Shown: piece after piece, positions 58,555-64,000 of the stretch
How positions within the stretch are numbered: the first letter of the stretch is position 1
Layout: each line of letters opens with the position of its first letter
DNA from: Promethearchaeota archaeon
GTDB lineage: Archaea; Asgardarchaeota; Lokiarchaeia; Sigyniarchaeales; SOKP01
DNA length: 64,000 bases
Direction: 5' to 3'
NCBI GenBank assembly: GCA_048940645.1
Contig: JBHLOI010000009.1
Span: 25,449 to 89,448 of the forward strand
Notes under the pieces: model-generated
What the model was told of the DNA's origin: nothing
Seen by the model: only the letters and a program-made list of their open reading frames with translations
Databases searched by the model: none
Made by a program: the position numbers and the translations under genes

Positions 58555-59109
58555 ATAAAACTCTCTAGAAATAAATCGGAACTTCTTTTTTATTTTATAG
58601 TTTTTTTATTACCTTCGATTGCTTTAATACCAATACCTGTGGTCAAAGCTGAATCATATACTGATGTTACTGTACATATAGCTTATGAGATGATAACCAA
58701 TCATACACAATACCCTAATTTATTAATCCTTGACGTTAGAACACAGTCTGAATATGATGAGAGCCACTTATATAATGCAACCTTGATCCCACATGATGAA
58801 ATTGATGCAAGGATTAGTGAACTTGAACCTTATAATAACTCAGAAATAATTGTATATTGTAGATCGGGTTCTAGAAGTGCGATAGCAAGCCAGAACCTTG
58901 CAGGTAATTACAACTTTACGAAAATTTATAATATGTTAGGGGGAATAACAGAGTGGATTATTGAGGGATATCCTGTTTGGAGAAATAGTAATGGTTTAGA
59001 ACAACCTGAAATAGGGTTTTCATTAAGTTTTTTCATTATGATATTATTCGGAACAATCACTATACTATTAATATATTACAAGAAGCATGACCTAAAACAG
59101 AAGAATTAA
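58555..59109 (+). CDS. Exported rhodanese-domain protein with C-terminal TM anchor
   Basis: LDVR, YCRSGSRS active loop, GG-x3-W; frame extends upstream of GTG 58639 into a signal peptide (IKLSRNK..LLFYFIVFLL..VKA). Confidence 0.85.
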   Translation: MKLSRNKSELLFYFIVFLLPSIALIPIPVVKAESYTDVTVHIAYEMITNHTQYPNLLILDVRTQSEYDESHLYNATLIPHDEIDARISELEPYNNSEIIVYCRSGSRSAIASQNLAGNYNFTKIYNMLGGITEWIIEGYPVWRNSNGLEQPEIGFSLSFFIMILFGTITILLIYYKKHDLKQKN

Positions 59110-59177
59110 GTTTTTCCTTAAAATAAAAGATTTATACAACCAATTTATATTTAAAGCATTAATTGTAATTATCTAAT

Positions 59178-59966
59178 ATGAAAAAACACTCCATAATCGA
59201 TAATGCAGCAGTTTCTAATATTATTTTCTATCCCCAGAAAAGTTCAATTCCTAGTAATCTAGAATCATATATCGACGTTATTAAAGTCAAAGTGGATAAA
59301 GATATTGAAATTGGCGGGTACCTTTATCTTAATGATATAACTCTTCCGACAATATTATTATTTCATGGAAATGGAGAAATTGCTATAGGATATAAATCTA
59401 TTGCCCCTATGTTTTTTGAATGTAATGTGAATTTAGCAGTTATTGATTACAGGGGTTATGGATTCAGTACGGGTGAACCATATTATACATCTCTAATTAC
59501 TGATGCAATACCAATTTATAATGAATTTAAGAAATGGATGGAAAGAAAAGGCTTAAATAATTCCTTATTTATACAAGGACGTTCTCTTGGAAGTGTGTGT
59601 GCTGCTGAGATTGGCGCTAACAATCCTAAGGGTTTAAAAGGAATAATCTTTGAGAGTGGTTTTGCTAGTATTTATAATGTTATGACTCATTTATTTAGAA
59701 TATCAAGTTCAAAATTAACCCCCGTATCCTTAACCGAATATTCAAACGATACGAGAATAAAAAAATTCAAGGTTCCCGTTTTAATTATTCATGGAACTTC
59801 AGATTGGATCATACCCAGTAGTGAAGCTGAGTTAATATATAAAAGTTTACCGGAATCTATTGATAAAAAGTTGATTCTTATTGAAGAAGCTGTGTACAAT
59901 GATCTTCTATTTTATACAGATAAATATTTTGATCCATTAAATGAATTTATTGAAAAATATAAATAA
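59178..59966 (+). CDS. Alpha/beta hydrolase (BEM46/ABHD13-like) with catalytic His apparently lost
   Basis: FHGNGE, DYRGYG, GRSLG, HG-x2-D; the usual GAGHND reads EAVYND. Confidence 0.88.
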   Translation: MKKHSIIDNAAVSNIIFYPQKSSIPSNLESYIDVIKVKVDKDIEIGGYLYLNDITLPTILLFHGNGEIAIGYKSIAPMFFECNVNLAVIDYRGYGFSTGEPYYTSLITDAIPIYNEFKKWMERKGLNNSLFIQGRSLGSVCAAEIGANNPKGLKGIIFESGFASIYNVMTHLFRISSSKLTPVSLTEYSNDTRIKKFKVPVLIIHGTSDWIIPSSEAELIYKSLPESIDKKLILIEEAVYNDLLFYTDKYFDPLNEFIEKYK

Positions 59967-60114
59967 AAATTATATAAGATTATTATCAAGAAAATTATTC
60001 TAAGTATTACTAAACTTCAAATAAGTATTGATAAGAAAGATTTATATAAGAGGAAAAAGCATATTTAATATTAAACCCTTTATCAAAAACTTCTAAGTTA
60101 AGTGAAATTCAATC

Positions 60115-60501
60115 ATGAAAGAACAAATCTCAAAACCATTAAAAATACTCTTCTTAGTTCATTTCTTTATAAGCATCGTCTTTAGCCTAGTCTTCATAAT
60201 ATTCTGGAAACAACATAACGAGCTTTTTGCTTGGGGATACGAAGACCCTATTGCTAGCCGCGCATTTGGAGCTGCATTGGGTGGTTTCGCAGTTAGTTCT
60301 TTATTAGCATGGCGAGAGACTGAATGGCTAAGAGTTAAAATAGTTGTTCAGATGGAACTTGCTTGGATCTCTGCAGGAATCGTAATAATGATTATAAGTA
60401 TTGTTTTTGATACACCATCAGGCATCTTATTCCTTTATCTAGCACTTTTTATAGTATTTCTCGGAGCGTTTACTTGGTTTTATTACCAACAAGAAAAATA
60501 A
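60115..60501 (+). CDS. 4-TM membrane protein
   Basis: Four hydrophobic helices, DP-x3-R-x2-GA motif. Confidence 0.75.
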   Translation: MKEQISKPLKILFLVHFFISIVFSLVFIIFWKQHNELFAWGYEDPIASRAFGAALGGFAVSSLLAWRETEWLRVKIVVQMELAWISAGIVIMIISIVFDTPSGILFLYLALFIVFLGAFTWFYYQQEK

Positions 60502-60610
60502 AAATTTAAAATTCTATCTTTTTTTTCAATTTTTTTACGTAACGGTTTCAGAAAAAATTTTTAAATTCAGACTTAAAAGTAATAAAAAATTAAAAAAAAA
60601 GGATTTATTC

Positions 60611-61243
60611 TTATTTTTTCTTAAGCATATAAACTCCATTCTCAAAAAACCAAAATAGATTTGCAAAGAGAAATAGCCATTCTGTGAAACTTTCTGCTTC
60701 AGGAGCTATACCATGGTTGACACGATTCAATATTAATAGTACTAAATATAATAAAAAGAAAAGAGCCACTATAAAATTAAATATTGCTTGTGCATTTTTG
60801 AATTCTGAAGATTTCCATTCTAAATATGTATAGAGAAATAAGTATAGAATCCCTGTCATGAAGAAGAGTAATTCAAAAATTAAATGCATAATATAAATAG
60901 TGTCTGAGTTAAATATTGCCATACCCATAATTCCAATGGCTGAAAGAACGCCAAGGATACATCCTATCCATGCCCATTTGGAATTTATTCCTTTTTCTTG
61001 TAAATATTGAGTAAAACCTAGCAAGAAAAGTATTATAAAGATTGCTGTAATAAACCAACAGATATTAAAAAATATATGAAGAGAATTCGAAGGAGTTCCT
61101 AAATAGCTTATATGAGTGATAAAAAAGCTGAAATCAGGGTGTACAATCATTGCAGGAATGAGCCCGATGAAAAAGACTACTAAACCTATAAATGCGAAAT
61201 AACTCGCATGAATTTTTTCGTATATTTTATCAATCTTTCTCAT
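60611..61243 (-). CDS. DUF998/Frag1-like membrane protein
   Basis: ISYLG, FN, H in TM4, EW near the C-terminus; 6 TMs. Confidence 0.75.
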   Translation of the reverse strand: MRKIDKIYEKIHASYFAFIGLVVFFIGLIPAMIVHPDFSFFITHISYLGTPSNSLHIFFNICWFITAIFIILFLLGFTQYLQEKGINSKWAWIGCILGVLSAIGIMGMAIFNSDTIYIMHLIFELLFFMTGILYLFLYTYLEWKSSEFKNAQAIFNFIVALFFLLYLVLLILNRVNHGIAPEAESFTEWLFLFANLFWFFENGVYMLKKK

Positions 61244-61349
61244 GAAATTACACTTTTAAATTTTGTAATTTAAAATTATATTTTGTTAAAGACCTATTTA
61301 TACATTTTTCACATTTAATCAAATTGGGAAAAATTATAGGCGTTTAAAA

Positions 61350-61559
61350 TTATCGAAGGAAATATAGAAATTCTTCTGCTAAAGCTTTTTTAAATTCAGG
61401 ATCCTTCTTGTTGAATGGGATATGCTCATTTCCATTATAGATATCTTGTGCTTTTTTATTTTTCATAAATTGAGAAAGAGGGATGAGGATATCTGCAATA
61501 TCCAAATTGTAAGAACAATAATCTTTTTGTAGAATTTTCTTAATAATTTTTGAATACAA
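61350..61559 (-). CDS. Small hypothetical protein
   Basis: AGGTGA RBS 5 nt before the TTG start. Confidence 0.55.
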   Translation of the reverse strand: MYSKIIKKILQKDYCSYNLDIADILIPLSQFMKNKKAQDIYNGNEHIPFNKKDPEFKKALAEEFLYFLR

Positions 61560-61693
61560 TTTTATTCACCTATTTTTATTATTCTTATTTTAGAGCAATA
61601 ATTTATAACCAAAGACTCGACATATTTAGTGATTATATCAAACAATCTATTAAGTACTTTAAAGAAAAAGAATTTTAAAAAACAAGAAAAATC

Positions 61694-62584
61694 TTAAATC
61701 AATTTCCCTTTAGCAACCATGATTGCTTTACCGCCAACCGCAACGTAGTATTTCCCTTCTTTTTTTTCCGCTCTTAATAATAATAACGATCTTCTTCCGA
61801 TTTCATAACCTTGTTCTACTCTAATATTTATATTGTTTTTATTGAAATAATCATGTTTAACTAAATATGCTGCTAAACAACCATTTGCAGAACCCGTTGC
61901 GGGATCTTCTGGTACTCCTAAATAATCAGCAAAAAATCTAACATTTAAATCATTTTCTTGATTATACGTTTCCGGGCTAAATATCAATATTGATTTTGCT
62001 TGTGTATTTTTAATGAGTTCATAATACTTCTTTTTGTTAATATTAGCTTTCTGTACGGCAGCTAATGATTTCAATGGTACGATTATTGTTGGCACTCCAG
62101 TAGATACTTCTTGGATTTTGAAACGATCATCAATATCATCCTCATTAAGATTTATGATTTCTGCTAATAATTCGGGTGAAAAAAATCCATTAAAAGTTGG
62201 TTCTTTATGTTCCATCCAAATTTCAGATAACAAATTGCCTCGGTATTTAAATAATATTGCAATTTGTCCTATTTTTAAATTCATTAGTATTGTTTTTATC
62301 TTTTTTTTGATGAATTCTTCATGAAAGATAAAAGCTGTACCAATAGTAGGATGGCCTGCAAAAGGTATTTCTACCTCAGGAGTAAAAATACGAATACTAA
62401 AGTCTTCTACTGAAGTTATAAAAACTGTTTCAGAGTAATTGATTTCTTTTGCAATTTTTTGCATTTCCTCTGTCGGGATTGTGTCATTACCAACTATAAC
62501 GGCTAATTGGTTACCCTCATATTTACTTTCAGCGAACACATCAACAATATAAAATGTTAATCCATTCAATTGAGCTTCTTTCAT
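61694..62584 (-). CDS. PhzF-family isomerase/epimerase
   Basis: VDVF..GN, SETVF, RIFTP-x2-E-x-PFAGHPT, EDPATGSA. Confidence 0.94.
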   Translation of the reverse strand: MKEAQLNGLTFYIVDVFAESKYEGNQLAVIVGNDTIPTEEMQKIAKEINYSETVFITSVEDFSIRIFTPEVEIPFAGHPTIGTAFIFHEEFIKKKIKTILMNLKIGQIAILFKYRGNLLSEIWMEHKEPTFNGFFSPELLAEIINLNEDDIDDRFKIQEVSTGVPTIIVPLKSLAAVQKANINKKKYYELIKNTQAKSILIFSPETYNQENDLNVRFFADYLGVPEDPATGSANGCLAAYLVKHDYFNKNNINIRVEQGYEIGRRSLLLLRAEKKEGKYYVAVGGKAIMVAKGKLI

Positions 62585-62731
62585 AGTTCAACTCCTTTGA
62601 TTTTAGATTTATTTTAATATGAATTTTTATTTAAAGTTTCTAAGATTTAATATGTAAGTAGGCTATTTTTTAAAATAAAGTTTATTAAAAATCATTTTAT
62701 TGAATAAAGTTTATATTTATATGATAATGAA

Positions 62732-63922
62732 ATGAATTTTGAAGAAGATAATGCTTCCAACTCGAAATTACCAATTAGAAAAAAATTCTCGATAAGAGAA
62801 TTAGGTGGAGCATTTGGAGATTGGGGCACTTTAATTCCGTTTCTCATAGGATATATCTCAATAGTGGGATTAAATCCAGCAGGTATTTTCTTAACCCTCG
62901 GAATAACAAATATAGTCCTAGGTGTAAAATATAATCTCCCTTTACCTGTCCAACCACAAAAAACAATTGGTACAATCGCACTTTCTCAAAAATGGGACCC
63001 AAACCTTGTAATTTCAACAGGATTAGGAACTGGCATTATTTGGACAATATTGGGATTAACAAAGACTCTAAATAGAATTGTTAAAAAAATTCCAATAATT
63101 ACAGTAAGGGGAATTCAACTAGGCTTGGGATTAATTCTTGGCTGGACTGCGATTAGCCTGATTTTTTATGATAACTTATTTGAAATACTACTTGGAATTA
63201 TTTCAATATCTGTAATAATTCTCCTAATAAATAGTAAAAAAGTTCCATCTGCAATTATCCTTGTGTTATTGGGAATTATTATACTCATTTTTACAAATAA
63301 GTTAACCATATCTAATGTTCGATTTTCATTGCCTATATTTGAATTTAATATCCCTCAATGGAATAACTTACTTATAGGTATGGTTCTAGCAGGTATAGCA
63401 CAACTTTTTTTAACGTTAACAAATGTAATGATTGCTACTATTAGTTTGATAAAGGATTTATTTCCTGAAAAGGAGAACGAAATCTCTGCTGACTCTTTAG
63501 CTGTAAACATGGGATTGATGAATTTAATTAATCCTTTTTTAGGAGGGATGCCTTTATGTCATGGTTCAGGTGGTTTAGCGGCACAATATGCTTTCGGTGC
63601 ACGCTCAGGAGGTTCAATGATATTAGAAGGTATTCTTGAAATATTTTTAGGTTTATTCTTTTCAGAAACTCTTTTCTTAATATTTATAGAATTTCCTCAA
63701 GCAATATTTGGTGCAATGCTCTTATATACATCTTATTTACTTGTAAGAATATCATTTAAAGATTATAAGTTGAAATCTTTACCGATAATTATAACTTCTG
63801 GTATGATTTGTATTATTTTCCATATTGTTTTTGAAAATTCCATTATTGGATCCTTTAGTATAACCCTAGGATTTTTTGTAGGTTTAATTTTGTATCTAAT
63901 TTTTTCTAAAAGAATAAACTAG
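62732..63922 (+). CDS. MOT1-family molybdate/sulfate transporter
   Basis: ELGGAFGD-x-GT, PLPVQP-x-K, RGIQLGLG, P-x-CHGSGGLAAQY-x-FGAR. Confidence 0.9.
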   Translation: MNFEEDNASNSKLPIRKKFSIRELGGAFGDWGTLIPFLIGYISIVGLNPAGIFLTLGITNIVLGVKYNLPLPVQPQKTIGTIALSQKWDPNLVISTGLGTGIIWTILGLTKTLNRIVKKIPIITVRGIQLGLGLILGWTAISLIFYDNLFEILLGIISISVIILLINSKKVPSAIILVLLGIIILIFTNKLTISNVRFSLPIFEFNIPQWNNLLIGMVLAGIAQLFLTLTNVMIATISLIKDLFPEKENEISADSLAVNMGLMNLINPFLGGMPLCHGSGGLAAQYAFGARSGGSMILEGILEIFLGLFFSETLFLIFIEFPQAIFGAMLLYTSYLLVRISFKDYKLKSLPIIITSGMICIIFHIVFENSIIGSFSITLGFFVGLILYLIFSKRIN

Positions 63923-64000
63923 GTCTTTTAAAGATCTAATTGATTTTCTATTCATTAAGAAAGATATTTAAGTTTACTTTGATATCCTTATCAAAATTAA

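Noticed and set aside
1-64000. tRNA, rRNA, IS elements, integrase, selenocysteine read-through
   Set aside because: No GC-rich structured RNA segment, transposase/integrase ORF or in-frame TGA at a catalytic Cys position was seen by eye; tRNAscan-SE/Infernal would be decisive.

Overview
Very AT-rich, gene-dense archaeal chromosome segment. It most likely comes from an Asgard archaeon (Lokiarchaeia-like), inferred from GGTGA-type ribosome-binding sites, TATA/BRE promoters and several eukaryotic-signature proteins: a Rag-like GTPase-roadblock fusion, a longin-like protein, two roadblock proteins (one resembling the dynein light chain), a vWA-double RING-variant protein and a HEAT-LRR protein. 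I found no rRNA, tRNA, CRISPR array or mobile element. Left part: a dispersed Fe-S/metal-cofactor gene set (MinD-4Fe-4S ATPase, three NifB/NifX proteins, Mrp/NBP35, DUF5320, DtxR-like regulator, COG1237 MBL protein, OsmC) whose upstream regions share the palindrome TGAATAWWTATTCA, plus a glycyl-radical enzyme next to SDR/crotonase genes. The most striking candidate system is at 18.8-30.7 kb: two single-pass Toll-like-receptor-shaped proteins (ectodomain, TM helix, cytoplasmic TIR with the catalytic Glu retained). One of them is tail-to-tail with a CorA-like two-TM protein fused to an ADP-ribose-type Nudix domain, suggesting a receptor -> NAD-derived messenger -> channel/hydrolase circuit. The rest is housekeeping, transport and surface genes (metG, gpmA, M20 peptidase, divergent RtcB-like protein, acyl-CoA dehydrogenase-wHTH fusion, nitroreductases, MFS/APC/MOT1 transporters). 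All domain calls are by eye from motifs; no database searches were run.
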